Assembly: GCA_963696385.1 (NCBI GenBank)
Contig: CAVOKF010000005.1
Span: 608,001 to 672,000, forward strand
From: an uncultured delta proteobacterium
GTDB lineage: Bacteria; Myxococcota_A; Polyangia; Polyangiales; Polyangiaceae
Length of the DNA: 64,000 bases
Reading direction: 5' to 3'
Shown in pieces: positions 1-9,600 of this stretch (position 1 is the first letter of the stretch; the number at the start of each line of letters is the position of its first letter). The position numbers and the translations under genes are program-made. The notes beneath the pieces are model-generated. The model worked only from the letters and a program-made list of their open reading frames with translations. It searched no databases and was not told the origin of the DNA.

Positions 1-857
1 GTCACGCGCGACGCGATCGGCACGTACCCCCGAAGGTTGAGACTCGCTTCGCCATAACGGAAGGGCAGGATCCCATTGCCACCGGGGCTCCACTTGAATT
101 TGACCTCGTCGAACGTGCCCGAATGCGGAGTCACCTCACTGTCGCGAGTATCGACCTGCAGCCCGTAAATGAACAAGCCTACAAGGTTTGGAGCGGTCGA
201 ACCGATGAGCCTTCGGACCTCGGCGCTGCCGCTCCGCAAAGCCTGCGCCAGGCTCGCGCCCGCGGGAATATCGAGCCAGCTGCCGGTATAACGAAAGCCG
301 CTGATCGCGCCGATGTGGTCGCGGATCGCGAATCTCAGGTCGGCGAGAAAAGACGGATGAATGCGCCCGTATTCGAAATACGTCGTTGATTGTCCTGCAG
401 GAGGGAGGACGCTCGAGGCGTTGCCCATGCCGTAGTAGGTGAGGGTTTGCTCGTCCGTAAACGACGGACGGACCTCCAGTTCGATCGGACGTCCCAGAAA
501 ACGTGGCACAGTGAGCTTGCCGTAGGCATCGATATACGGCACATCGACGCTGCCGTTCTTGAGACCGAAAGAGATGAGACCGGCGCTTTCGAGGTTCCAG
601 ACGTAGGGGATGTACCGGTTTTCAATTCGTGTCAAAGCGGTGAAGTAGCCGACCGCAACGCCGATATCCGTGCTGCCTCCAGCCGCGGGGACGAGCGTCA
701 CTTCGTCCTTGGAGTCGGATGGAGGCAACTTCGTTGCTGCCGTTGACGGCTTCTCGCTCGAGTTGAGCAGGTTCTGGCCCCGTGCGGATGCCTGGACGGT
801 CAGCGATGCCGCAACGAGCAAGCTTGCCACACAGCGTGCCCCACTCGAGCGGTTCAC
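1..857 (-). CDS. BamA/TamA (Omp85, surface antigen D15) family outer-membrane protein, 3'-partial (runs off window start)
   Basis: Manually translated; absent from the ORF track because there is no stop in the window. GTG at 857, signal-like VASLLVAASLTVQASA, then LVPAAGGSTDIGVAVG, YYGMGN, YGLQVDTRDSEVTPHSG, LNLRGYVPI: beta-barrel-like alternating pattern typical of this family. Confidence 0.7.
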   Translation of the reverse strand, partial: MNRSSGARCVASLLVAASLTVQASARGQNLLNSSEKPSTAATKLPPSDSKDEVTLVPAAGGSTDIGVAVGYFTALTRIENRYIPYVWNLESAGLISFGLKNGSVDVPYIDAYGKLTVPRFLGRPIELEVRPSFTDEQTLTYYGMGNASSVLPPAGQSTTYFEYGRIHPSFLADLRFAIRDHIGAISGFRYTGSWLDIPAGASLAQALRSGSAEVRRLIGSTAPNLVGLFIYGLQVDTRDSEVTPHSGTFDEVKFKWSPGGNGILPFRYGEASLNLRGYVPIASRV

Positions 858-913
858 ACGCTACCGCTTCACGAGGCCCCTGAGATCGTGGGCTGACACG
901 CTCCGAGGCTGCG

Positions 914-1318
914 TCACCGGCCCACTTCGTAGTGGAGCGGATCGTTGCCGGCTTTCCTGGCCCCTTCGTGGGTCAAGTGGGTGTCGGTTTCCCGAAGGTG
1001 AGAGGTGACATGGTTCTGAGCGCTGCTGACGACGGTTCCGATCCGCTCGCGCAGGGGGCGCCCCTGAGGCCCGAAAAGGACCGCTGCGCCTCCCGCAGCG
1101 GCCGCGCCCGCGGCAAACCAGAGGACCGATGAGAGAGGGCTCGGCGCGCGGCGCCTCCGGAGGCCGCGCAGAAGCGAACCATAAGACTCGCGCTCTCTCA
1201 GGTCGTTCATGAGACGAAGCATTTGCGTCCCCAGTTCGACCAGCGAACCGCGAGCCATCTTCGCCGCGCTTTTGGCGCGGTCGGCCATGTGTTCCGTGGT
1301 TGACGACATAGAGCTCAT
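914..1318 (-). CDS. YtxH-like small membrane-anchored stress protein
   Basis: WFAAGAAAAGGAAVLFGPQGRPLRERI resembles the YtxH hydrophobic motif followed by G-x-x-LR; AAGGA RBS upstream. Confidence 0.55.
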   Translation of the reverse strand: MSSMSSTTEHMADRAKSAAKMARGSLVELGTQMLRLMNDLRERESYGSLLRGLRRRRAPSPLSSVLWFAAGAAAAGGAAVLFGPQGRPLRERIGTVVSSAQNHVTSHLRETDTHLTHEGARKAGNDPLHYEVGR

Positions 1319-1412
1319 CGAAAATGTCCTTTCAGGGTTGTCGGCGCGCGGGATCAGCCCCTGCGCGGGGTCGAGATCTTCACGAGGTGCGTCTCTTCAC
1401 CCCAACCGGTGT

Positions 1413-1428
1413 TGCAACCCGCGATCCA
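1413..1428 (-). promoter_or_regulatory. Putative sigma-54 -24/-12 promoter
   Basis: TGGATCGCGGGTTGCA (GG-N10-GC), oriented toward the 914..1318 gene. Confidence 0.55.
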
Positions 1429-1557
1429 GCTGGCGTCATGAAGCATCGCGGCGCGCCCGCCCGGACCCTTCGCCATAGGCAATGCCCATGCCCTCGCAAT
1501 CGCTCGCCGCGTGGTCACAAAGGCCCGACCGCCGGCAGCCACTTCCTCAGGCGGGCG

Positions 1558-1911
1558 TTAGCGTTCCCGAGGGCGCTCCTCGGTCGCCGCCTGAATCCAG
1601 TCGGCCTCCCCCCAACGGGCGTCCAACACCTCGCCCAGGTACGAGCGCCCGAGCTCGATGGCCGCATACGACGCCGCACTCGCGAGAACGGTGCGCAAGA
1701 TTCGGGAGCTCAGAAACACGCCCGCTGCTGCTCCGACGCCGAACGCAATGCCGAGCACGGCGTAAGGGCTCTGCTTGATCTCCTCGTCGAGAGTGGAGGG
1801 CAGTCGAGCGACTGCGGCTTTGGCGCGGCGCGCAAACGCGCGGCTGTCGATGCGTGCGCGGCCGTTTGAATGCGGATCCTTCGGTTGGTGGTCTGCCTGT
1901 GCGGTATTCAT
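1558..1911 (-). CDS. ElaB/YqjD/DUF883-like membrane-anchored protein
   Basis: EEIKQSPYAVLGIAFGVGAAAGVFL resembles the DUF883 C-terminal motif; start reassigned to ATG 1911. Confidence 0.55.
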   Translation of the reverse strand: MNTAQADHQPKDPHSNGRARIDSRAFARRAKAAVARLPSTLDEEIKQSPYAVLGIAFGVGAAAGVFLSSRILRTVLASAASYAAIELGRSYLGEVLDARWGEADWIQAATEERPRER

Positions 1912-1923
1912 GCGCGGACAGCG

Positions 1924-1939
1924 AGCAAACCCCGTGCCG
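1924..1939 (-). promoter_or_regulatory. Putative sigma-54 promoter
   Basis: CGGCACGGGGTTTGCT, near-consensus TGGCACG-N4-TTGC. Confidence 0.65.
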
Positions 1940-1975
1940 CAAGGAGAGTCTAACGGTACCGCCGCTTCGAGCGCT

Positions 1976-2254
1976 TCAGGCTCTGGGTTGGCGGACCTGC
2001 CGATTCCATACCGCGTGGCTGAGCAGAAGCGCGACGATCGCGCCGAGCGCAGCAAAGGGCAGGCGCGTCGCACCAACCTGGGGGCGAGGCAGGAACGCAC
2101 CACTCAGCAGACCCACGCCTAGGGCGCCGAAGACAGCCACGACGACATTCAGGAAAACGCCAACCAAGCCCCGGCGAAACGGCCATATCATCCCGCCGAG
2201 GCTGGCGGCGACACCCATCGCTGTCCAGGCCAGAATGTCGTCTGTAGAGACCAT
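1976..2254 (-). CDS. GlsB/YeaQ/YmgE-like small stress membrane protein
   Basis: Three Gly-rich TM segments (ILAWTAMGVAASLGG; GVFLNVVVAVFGALGVGLL; LPFAALGAIVALLL). Confidence 0.5.
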   Translation of the reverse strand: MVSTDDILAWTAMGVAASLGGMIWPFRRGLVGVFLNVVVAVFGALGVGLLSGAFLPRPQVGATRLPFAALGAIVALLLSHAVWNRQVRQPRA

Positions 2255-2321
2255 CGCTCCTCCATGGCTAGCGGACACAGGCCTTCGCGGAATCGCAAGG
2301 ACAAAGCGCTTTCGCTCATTC

Positions 2322-2346
2322 GCCCATACGATGACTTCGTATGGGC
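2322..2346. terminator. 10-bp perfect stem-loop between DUF1328 and GlsB-like genes
   Basis: GCCCATACGA-TGACT-TCGTATGGGC; no clear U-tract, so terminator versus UTR structure is unresolved. Confidence 0.35.
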
Positions 2347-2376
2347 TCCCTTCTTCATGGCGTATCGCGCGCCCAG

Positions 2377-2392
2377 CGCAGCCCGGGTACCG
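2377..2392 (-). promoter_or_regulatory. Possible sigma-54 promoter (weaker match)
   Basis: CGGTACCCGGGCTGCG, GG-N10-GC, upstream of the GlsB-like gene. Confidence 0.35.
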
Positions 2393-2410
2393 TTCAACGG
2401 GGCGCTGTAC

Positions 2411-2575
2411 TTAGACGAGCGTTCGCCGCCCGACGAGGAGCGAAACGGCCGTAAGGATCAGGAACACGACGAAGAGGACTTTCGCGATGCTTGCAGCTCC
2501 CGCGGCGAGTCCTCCGAAACCGAGAATCGCGGCAACGATCGCGATGACGAAAAACACAGCAGCCCAGTACAACAT
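2411..2575 (-). CDS. DUF1328 (UPF0391/YtjA) small membrane protein
   Basis: [41 protein letters not shown] is the family signature. Confidence 0.92.
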   Translation of the reverse strand: MLYWAAVFFVIAIVAAILGFGGLAAGAASIAKVLFVVFLILTAVSLLVGRRTLV

Positions 2576-2612
2576 GGTAGGGTCTTCCTTTCCTGAACTC
2601 GAAGACGGCACC

Positions 2613-2628
2613 TGCAGCACCCATGCCG
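2613..2628 (-). promoter_or_regulatory. Putative sigma-54 promoter
   Basis: CGGCATGGGTGCTGCA upstream of DUF1328. Confidence 0.55.
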
Positions 2629-2736
2629 CAGCCATTCGCTTCGACGGTTTGCCGACTGACGCGCAAAGAAGCGGACCATGGCGCCCGGTCGAGTCGTCGC
2701 GAGCCATCGCTCGCGGCAGCGGGCGCCGGACGAGGG

Positions 2737-2988
2737 CTAGGCCACGGTTGACTTGGCTTTCTTCGCGGTCTTTGTGCCGCGCTTAGTCGCCGCTTTTCGT
2801 GGCACCTTGTCGCCTTCTTGACGCGCTTCCGCGAGACCGATTGCAACGGCCTGTTCGCGGCGGGTCACGCGTTTGCCCGGACGGCCGGACCGCAACGTTC
2901 CCTCTTTGAGCTCGTGCATGGCGTTTTCGACCTTGGCCGACGCGCGAGGTCCGTATGGCCGCGATTTTTTCACCTTGGATGCAGGCAT
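2737..2988 (-). CDS. DUF6496-type small basic protein
   Basis: [54 protein letters not shown]; Lys-rich tail. Confidence 0.8.
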   Translation of the reverse strand: MPASKVKKSRPYGPRASAKVENAMHELKEGTLRSGRPGKRVTRREQAVAIGLAEARQEGDKVPRKAATKRGTKTAKKAKSTVA

Positions 2989-3024
2989 AGGAGTCTCCTT
3001 TTGATGCGTAGTCTTATCCAACAC

Positions 3025-3040
3025 AGCACGCAGCATGCCG
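3025..3040 (-). promoter_or_regulatory. Putative sigma-54 promoter
   Basis: CGGCATGCTGCGTGCT upstream of the DUF6496-type gene. Confidence 0.5.
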
Positions 3041-3107
3041 CTGTGGCCCTTCGCGGGCCCTTCAACCAGCGTGTGCGTCTCATGTCCTGTGTCGAGCCGC
3101 AGGCAAG

Positions 3108-3123
3108 CGGCACCTTCGTTGCA
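3108..3123 (+). promoter_or_regulatory. Putative sigma-54 promoter
   Basis: CGGCACCTTCGTTGCA upstream of the holin-like/DUF3618 pair. Confidence 0.6.
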
Positions 3124-3240
3124 ACCAAGATCGTCGACGGCGAGATCGGTCGAACGCGATTCGACCAATCGGCCACACCGCTGGGGCTCGGCTGCGCGCG
3201 AGACGGCGCGGCCGAAGAGGACGAGCGAAAGGCGAGGCCC

Positions 3241-3645
3241 ATGATCGATGACATCGAAGGCAAGGCGGAAGCGGCATCTCCCAACGAAGAGCGCACCGCA
3301 CATCTGATTCGTGTGGCGCTCGACGAGACACGCGAGCTCGTGCAGCTCGAAGTGGCACTGGCACGCGAGGAATTTCGCGAAGAGGTCGCTCAGGCAAAAA
3401 TGGGGGGGATCGCCTTGGGACTGGCGGCGATGGCCGGGGTCTCGGCGTTCGCGATGTTTATGGTCACCGTCGCGCTTGCATTCGTAGTCACCTGGCTCGC
3501 CGCGTGCCTTATGGGCGGTATCCTTCTGCTGCTTTCCCTCACCGCCGGCATCCTGGGCTGGAGGGCGCTGCCGAAGCGGCCGTTGGGCGCAACTCGAGCC
3601 CGGCTCGAGTCTGGCTACAAACAGCTCAAGGAGCGCCTCGCATGA
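3241..3645 (+). CDS. Holin-like (YqjE/DUF1469-type) two-TM membrane protein
   Basis: ETRELVQLEVALAREEFREE, two TM helices, PKRPLGATRARL; ATGA overlap with next gene. Confidence 0.8.
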   Translation: MIDDIEGKAEAASPNEERTAHLIRVALDETRELVQLEVALAREEFREEVAQAKMGGIALGLAAMAGVSAFAMFMVTVALAFVVTWLAACLMGGILLLLSLTAGILGWRALPKRPLGATRARLESGYKQLKERLA

Positions 3646-4100
3646 ATGACCGATCCCGCGAGGACATCGCCCGGGAGGCGAATCGGGTCCGCGCGAAGCT
3701 CCTTTACACCGTCGAGCAGCTCGACAGGCGGCGACACAACGCACTCGACATCGGCCGCCGAATTGGCTCTCACATGGTTCCAATCGCGATCGCCAGCGGG
3801 CTCGTCGCCGTTGCCATGGTCGCGACCGTTGGAGTCGCCGCCCATCGCATCGCCACGGCACGTGCGCGCCGCCGCCGTGATCGATGGCAGCGGATCGTGA
3901 GCCTCTGGAACCATCCCGGTCGGGGACTCCAATCGCAACGACCCTCGTTTTGGTCCGAGGCGCTTCGCTCCATGGGGCTTAGCCTCGTCCAGTGGGTCGT
4001 CTCGGTGCCGGTTCGCCGGTGGGTCATCCATGGGGTCGAGTCCCCCAAGGCCCTCGCCATGCCTTCGCCCAACCGGCCGACTGCTGGGCCTGAGGCATGA
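3642..4100 (+). CDS. DUF3618-like protein
   Basis: RSREDIAREANRVRAKLLYTVEQLDRR N-terminus plus a TM segment; the usual partner of the holin-like gene. Confidence 0.6.
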   Translation: MNDRSREDIAREANRVRAKLLYTVEQLDRRRHNALDIGRRIGSHMVPIAIASGLVAVAMVATVGVAAHRIATARARRRRDRWQRIVSLWNHPGRGLQSQRPSFWSEALRSMGLSLVQWVVSVPVRRWVIHGVESPKALAMPSPNRPTAGPEA

Positions 4101-4290
4101 ACGCGCGAAGCGCCCGCATTCCGGCAACACGCGGCCCCCCACGCGGTCTTGCAGTCACGCCCGCGAGAACATCCGTCGCGCCGCCGTGCTGCCCCGGCCG
4201 GACATACGCGAAGTCGTGAATGGGAGTTTTCGCTGGATGATGCGTTTGAGCGCGAGTTCGTCTTGGGAACCCTCGGCGGGGCCCCCCGGC

Positions 4291-4932
4291 TTACCGCGTT
4301 CCCTGTTGCTCCGGCTCGATCTCCGTCGCGGCCATGGTGTCGAAGGACGTCGCGCGGCTGTGGGCGGTAAGCCTTCGCTCGCCGATCCAGAGCAGTACAA
4401 CGCTGAACGCCATGAGCCCCAGGGCGATGAGCGCCCGGGCGATGACGACCGCGGCCGATACGGTCGGAGCGATCGACGCCTTGGAGGGAGCCGCCAAACC
4501 GATGAACATCGCGAACGCGAACGTGACGAGCGCGAGAGCCGCGCTCGACACCGCGATGGGAAACTCCAAAGCTCCGTGACGCACCGCGTCCGGCGCCCAT
4601 GCCCAACCGCTCGATCGAAGCGCAGCCCGCCAAAAGCTCGTGCGCGAACCGGCCTGGGCGTCCGAATGGATCGCCCCCGGCGTTGCACGAGAGTGTTCCG
4701 GCGACGAGGCTGCGAGCGGTGGCGGGTACGACGACGCCCAGAGCCCCGCGACGGGCGGCGGCGGCCGCGCGACACAACCTTTCGGCGGAGAACGAGGTAC
4801 CGGCGGGCGTCGGGTGGTGACCGGATCACGGTCGGCCACGCCGAGGCGCGAGTCCGTACCGTCGGAAGGATCACGCATCGAATCGAAAAGGGCTTCGTTC
4901 ATGCTCCGAGTCATGAGCAATCGGTAGGCCAC
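4291..4932 (-). CDS. Hypothetical membrane protein
   Basis: Pro/Ser-rich N-terminus and two C-terminal TM helices; start uncertain. Confidence 0.5.
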   Translation of the reverse strand: MAYRLLMTRSMNEALFDSMRDPSDGTDSRLGVADRDPVTTRRPPVPRSPPKGCVARPPPPVAGLWASSYPPPLAASSPEHSRATPGAIHSDAQAGSRTSFWRAALRSSGWAWAPDAVRHGALEFPIAVSSAALALVTFAFAMFIGLAAPSKASIAPTVSAAVVIARALIALGLMAFSVVLLWIGERRLTAHSRATSFDTMAATEIEPEQQGTR

Positions 4933-4996
4933 GCCTGCGCCGTCGGGGCCTACGAACTCCGCCCGTGCCTAGGTCGTCGTTCATCGAGGCAACGAG

Positions 4997-5518
4997 TCAT
5001 TCGGGCCCGCGGGCAGACGGGTCACGGTCAACGAGGTTCCGTCCGGTGGGCACGGTGTCTCCTTCGGGGTCGAAGACGGCCTGCCCGTTGGCTTTCGCGT
5101 ACGCCAACGCGGGGGGCGGCTGCAAAGCCACGCCCTTGTCGTCTTGCCAGGAGCTCGGCGCATAAAAAGGCGTCCCGTCCGAGGCGCGCACCACGACCCA
5201 CGGCGCGTATCGGGCGCCGACCGGTGTTTGAACCCAGCGGCCCAGAAGCCAGTACCAGCGGCCATGGCGCAAGACCCACTCGCCGTCGACCCACGCGTCG
5301 GCTCGGGCCGGCCGTCTCGGAACGACTTCGATTCTTCCTGGCGGAGGACTCGAGGAAATCGCCGTAAGCGACGTCATCGCTTGAGCTGCATAGGGGGGAT
5401 GGGGCAGCGATGCGCCACAGGCCACCAGGGGAGAAGTCAACAAGAGGCCGTTCGCCGTTCGCCGCACACCGATCCCGGAAGCACAAAAAAGACCGGCTCG
5501 ATCGCCGCTGAAGCCCAA
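4997..5518 (-). CDS. YXWGXW/WxxGxW-repeat lipoprotein-like protein
   Basis: LVAC lipobox-like, PPPGRIEVVP, AWVDGEWVLRHGRWYWLLGRW; start uncertain. Confidence 0.6.
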   Translation of the reverse strand: MGFSGDRAGLFCASGIGVRRTANGLLLTSPLVACGASLPHPPYAAQAMTSLTAISSSPPPGRIEVVPRRPARADAWVDGEWVLRHGRWYWLLGRWVQTPVGARYAPWVVVRASDGTPFYAPSSWQDDKGVALQPPPALAYAKANGQAVFDPEGDTVPTGRNLVDRDPSARGPE

Positions 5519-5707
5519 ACGACAGTCGGGCCCACGCTCGCCTCAGCCCAGGGGGGGCCCGGGTGGGTCGGAGCCGTCGCGCGGATGTTCGTTCACGTCG
5601 AGGACGCCGAGCGAGGAGTTCGCCCGCCCACCGCTTCGTGGCCCAGCGGGCGTGTGCAAAGATGCGTCAGGTGTCCATTTTTGCCGCATTCGCCGTGGTT
5701 TCGAGCA

Positions 5708-5914
5708 TCAGCGCAACGATGACCCGCCGAGAGGCATGGAACGGCATATGCGTTCTCTACGGTCGAGGGAATCCTGTGCATAAGGATCCGCCGTCGACGG
5801 ATCGACGTTCGTGTTCGAAGGCATATTGGGTGGGGGCCGGCCGCCGCACGCGATGAGGGCGCACTCGGCGGTGAAGGCCGAGAATTGCGATAGCGCACTT
5901 ATGAGACGGTTCAT
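5708..5914 (-). CDS. Small putative lipoprotein, possibly degenerate
   Basis: GGAGG RBS, ALIACGG lipobox-like; sigma-54-like GGGTATCCACATTGCA at 5943-5958. Confidence 0.35.
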   Translation of the reverse strand: MNRLISALSQFSAFTAECALIACGGRPPPNMPSNTNVDPSTADPYAQDSLDRRERICRSMPLGGSSLR

Positions 5915-6000
5915 GGTACTACCCTCCGTGCCGCCGATCGGTTGCAATGTGGATACCCGCTATCGACCTCACGCCCCGGGTGCGCGAGCAACGCGCAAGA

Positions 6001-6669
6001 CTACCAAACATGCGGAATCAGCCGCCATCGAACCTTGTGGCGGTAGTCCGCGTAGCCGGCCAGGTGGCCCAGGAGAAAGCGCTCCTCATCGAGGAGGCGC
6101 CACACGATGACGGCAACGAAAGGCGGAAGCGTTACGAGACCGACAAGCGAGCCGAGCGCCAACGGGATCCCCGAGACCAGGATGAGTCCTCCGACGTACA
6201 TGGGGTGGGCTACGATCGCGTATGGTCCCGTATCGATCACCCGCTGCTCGGGAGCCACCTCGATGACCGAAGAGGTGAACGGGTTCCCGCGGAACACGAC
6301 GAAGACAACCAGGAACCCCAGGAGCACGAGTACGTCGCCGGCCATGACGAGGGCCAGTGGGACATGCGACCAGCCCAACCGATGGTCGAGCCCCGGACCC
6401 CCCACCATCGAGAGAAAGGAGAGGCTGGCCATGCCCTGGATGATCCTCTGGCTCCGCTCCTTCTCGGCAACGGGGCCGGCATGGGTTCGCCGAGCAAGGA
6501 GTGCGGGATCCGCGCGCGCGAGGTAGAGCGTGATCGCCAGGGACGCCGCCGTGAATAGCCCAAGGAACACCCATCCCTCGACGAATCGCAGGGTTCCGGC
6601 CGACCCGAAGAGCACCAGCCCGAGAACGACGACGAGGTTCGTGAGCCCCATCACCGCTTTCCACATCAT
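6001..6669 (-). CDS. Isoprenylcysteine carboxylmethyltransferase (ICMT/PEMT) family membrane protein
   Basis: QRVIDTGPYAIVAHPMYVG, EERFL, GYADYRHKVRWRLIP. Confidence 0.9.
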   Translation of the reverse strand: MMWKAVMGLTNLVVVLGLVLFGSAGTLRFVEGWVFLGLFTAASLAITLYLARADPALLARRTHAGPVAEKERSQRIIQGMASLSFLSMVGGPGLDHRLGWSHVPLALVMAGDVLVLLGFLVVFVVFRGNPFTSSVIEVAPEQRVIDTGPYAIVAHPMYVGGLILVSGIPLALGSLVGLVTLPPFVAVIVWRLLDEERFLLGHLAGYADYRHKVRWRLIPHVW

Positions 6670-6677
6670 CCTCCCGC

Positions 6678-9600
6678 CTAAGAGCCGCCGAGGCTCAGTC
6701 CTGCCAGGTTTGCGACGATCGTTACGAGCTGCGCCGGTTCGATGGGTTTCGGAACGTGCATCTGAAACCCCGCGGCGAACGCACGTTGAGCGTCTTCTCT
6801 TCGCGCGTAGGCCGTCAAAGCGACCGCCGGCGTTCGCGCGCCTCGAGCGACCGGCAACGCCCGCACCCTTCGGATGAACGCATAGCCGTCCATCTCGGGC
6901 ATGCCGATGTCGCTGACGATGCCGTCGGTCTTCGTCGTAGCGAGCTCACCGAGGGCTTCGGACGCAGACGTGGCGGTTGTCACGGTCGCGCCATGGTCCT
7001 GAAGAACCTGGCCGATGATTCCGCGTGCATCTTCCTCGTCATCGACGACGAGGACCGAGAGCCCATCCAGGCGGATGGTCGCTGGGCGGGTCGTGTTCCT
7101 CACCGTCGATGGATGCGTGGATCGGACGCTGGGAACGGCGCCGTGGGCAGGCAAGGTCACGACAAATTTGGATCCTTGACCCGGTCCTTTGCTGCTCGCG
7201 TGGATTGTGCCGCCGTGAGCCGCGACGAGCTGCTTCACGATGGCCAACCCGAGCCCGAGGCCGCCATGCCGGCGCGTCGTCGACGCGTCCGCCTGCCGGA
7301 AAGGATCGAAAATGTACCCCAGAGCCTCGGACTCGATGCCTTCGCCGGTATCCGTGACGCAAATGCAGACGTAGGAGCCCTCGCGATAGGCACGCACTGA
7401 GACGTTCCCGCCCTTGGGCGTGAACTTCACCGCGTTCGCGACCAGGTTCCATACTACCTGTTGCAAGCGATCGGCGTCGGCCCTGAGGGTCAACGAGGCG
7501 TCCACGTCGGCATGGATGTGGACCCCCTTGGCATCGGCAGCCGGTGTGACCGACTCGATCGCGCCTTCGACCCCTTCGGCGATGTTCGTCGGCGCTAGGT
7601 TCAACGACAGCTTGCCGCTGATGATGCGCGAGACGTCGAGGACGTCCTCCACGAGGCGTACCTGTCGGCGCGCATTGCGCTCGATGATCGAAAGGGCTCG
7701 ATCCAGTTCTTCGGCCGGCTTTCGCCCGCGAAGCGTCATCGTCCAGCCCAGGATCGCGTTGAGCGGCGTTCGGAGCTCATGGGATACCGTGGCGAGAAAC
7801 TCGTCCTTCATGCGGTTCGCTACGTCGGATTGTTCTCGCAACAGCCGCTCCGTCTTGCGCGCGTCCTCGGCCTGCTTCAACGCGAGCGCATTCTCCATCG
7901 CCATGGCCGCGCGGCGGGCGAACTCCTCGCAGAACGCGAGATCCTCTTCCGTATAGCGACGGCCTGAGTCCGCATAAATGAACGTCACCGCGCCTAGCGT
8001 GCGCTCGCGTCCCTTCAACGGAACGACCATCGCCGATTCGAGCCGTAGCTCGCGGAGGATGCGCAGGTGTGCTTCATCCCGAGCGCCGGCCTCGAGCAAA
8101 GAGGCCGGGATTTCTGGATAGAGTTCCGGCTTGCCGGAACGGATCACCTGCGGAGCTCCTGTGGCCGCGTTGGGATCGGGCGGATACTTCTCCCCGAGCT
8201 CGCGCGCCCACCGAACCTTCTGCGGGTCGACATGGGCGACGGCGACTTGCTGCGGGCCGTGAGCTCCGGGCTCGAGCAGGTCGACGCCGCACCAATCGGC
8301 AAGCTGAGGCACGGCAAGTTGGGCGACGCCGGCGAGGATGGCACGGTAGTCGAGCGACGAGGCGAGCGCCGCGCCGGCACGCGCGAGGAAATCGCGGCGG
8401 ACTCGTTCCCGTTTCTCGATCGTGACGTCGCGAAACACGATCACGACCCCGAAGAGGGAGCCCCTCGCGTCGCGAATGGGTGCCGCGCTGTCATCGATCG
8501 GGATCTCGATTCCGCGTCGACTCCGCAACACCGCTTGACTTGCGAGCCCGACGACCTTGCCGTCGCGAACAACCCTCATCACCGGGCTTTCGCAGGGCGT
8601 TCGGGTCTCGTCCGAGAAGATGGTGAACACGTGCTCGAGCGGCCGTCCGCGCGCTTCGGCTTCCGGCCATCCCGTGAGCTGCTCGGCGATTCCGTTCATG
8701 AACACCACGCGACCCGCTGGGTCGGTAGCGATGACGGCGTCTCCGATGCTGCGCAACGTCGTCGCCAACCAGGCCTGGCCGCGCTCTTCTCGTTCGAGGC
8801 GGACGGAACGCAGCAGCGCCTGCGCACATTGCTTTGCGAGCGTGTCTACCAATGCGCGTTCCTCGGGTGGAAAGCGCCGATCCGTATAGAAGCCCATCCC
8901 GAGCAGGCCGATGCCACGTCCTTCGACGACGAGGGGCACACTCCAGCATGCGCGCGCCTTCTCCCCGTGAGCTTTTATGGTGGCGAGCTCAGGATGCAGC
9001 CGAGCATAGTCCTCGGCGGTTTCGGTCCACGCCGTCGCACCCGAGCGGATGGCCTCGAAAGCGGCGGGGCTGCTCGCTTCCGTCAGGCGACACGTCCGCT
9101 CTATCAACTCGGGTGCGAAGCCGCGATGACCGATGAGGTCCAACGCGCTGCCCGTCTCGTCGAACATGTACAGAGAGCACGTGTCGGCCTGCGCCACGCG
9201 CATTCCTTCGTCGATGATCGCGGCCGCAACCTCTTCGGGGGTACGTGTTTGGGACAGCGCCAGCGCAAGATCCGTCAACGTCCGAAGCGAACGAGCGAGT
9301 TGCTGCCGAGTGCGATAGAGCTCCGCGAAGACAGCCACCTTCGCGCGGATGGCTTCGGGTTGGAGAGGCCTTTGGATGACGTCCACAGCCCCTTCCGCAT
9401 AGGCGCGGAGCACTTGCGAGGGCGCAGCGTCCGCGTCGGTGACGAAAAGGATGGGTACGGACCTCCCGTCGCGGGCGAACTCCTTCATCCGCATGGCCGT
9501 GTCGAGGCCGTCCATCCCGGGCATCTTCACGTCGAGCAGTACGACCGCGAAATCTCGCTGTCGAACCTCGCGCAACGCATGTTCGCCCGAGTACACGTTC

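Noticed and set aside
3241..3645. Holin-like gene as evidence of a prophage
   Set aside because: No phage genes nearby; this family routinely occurs in stress-gene clusters with DUF3618/DUF883 partners
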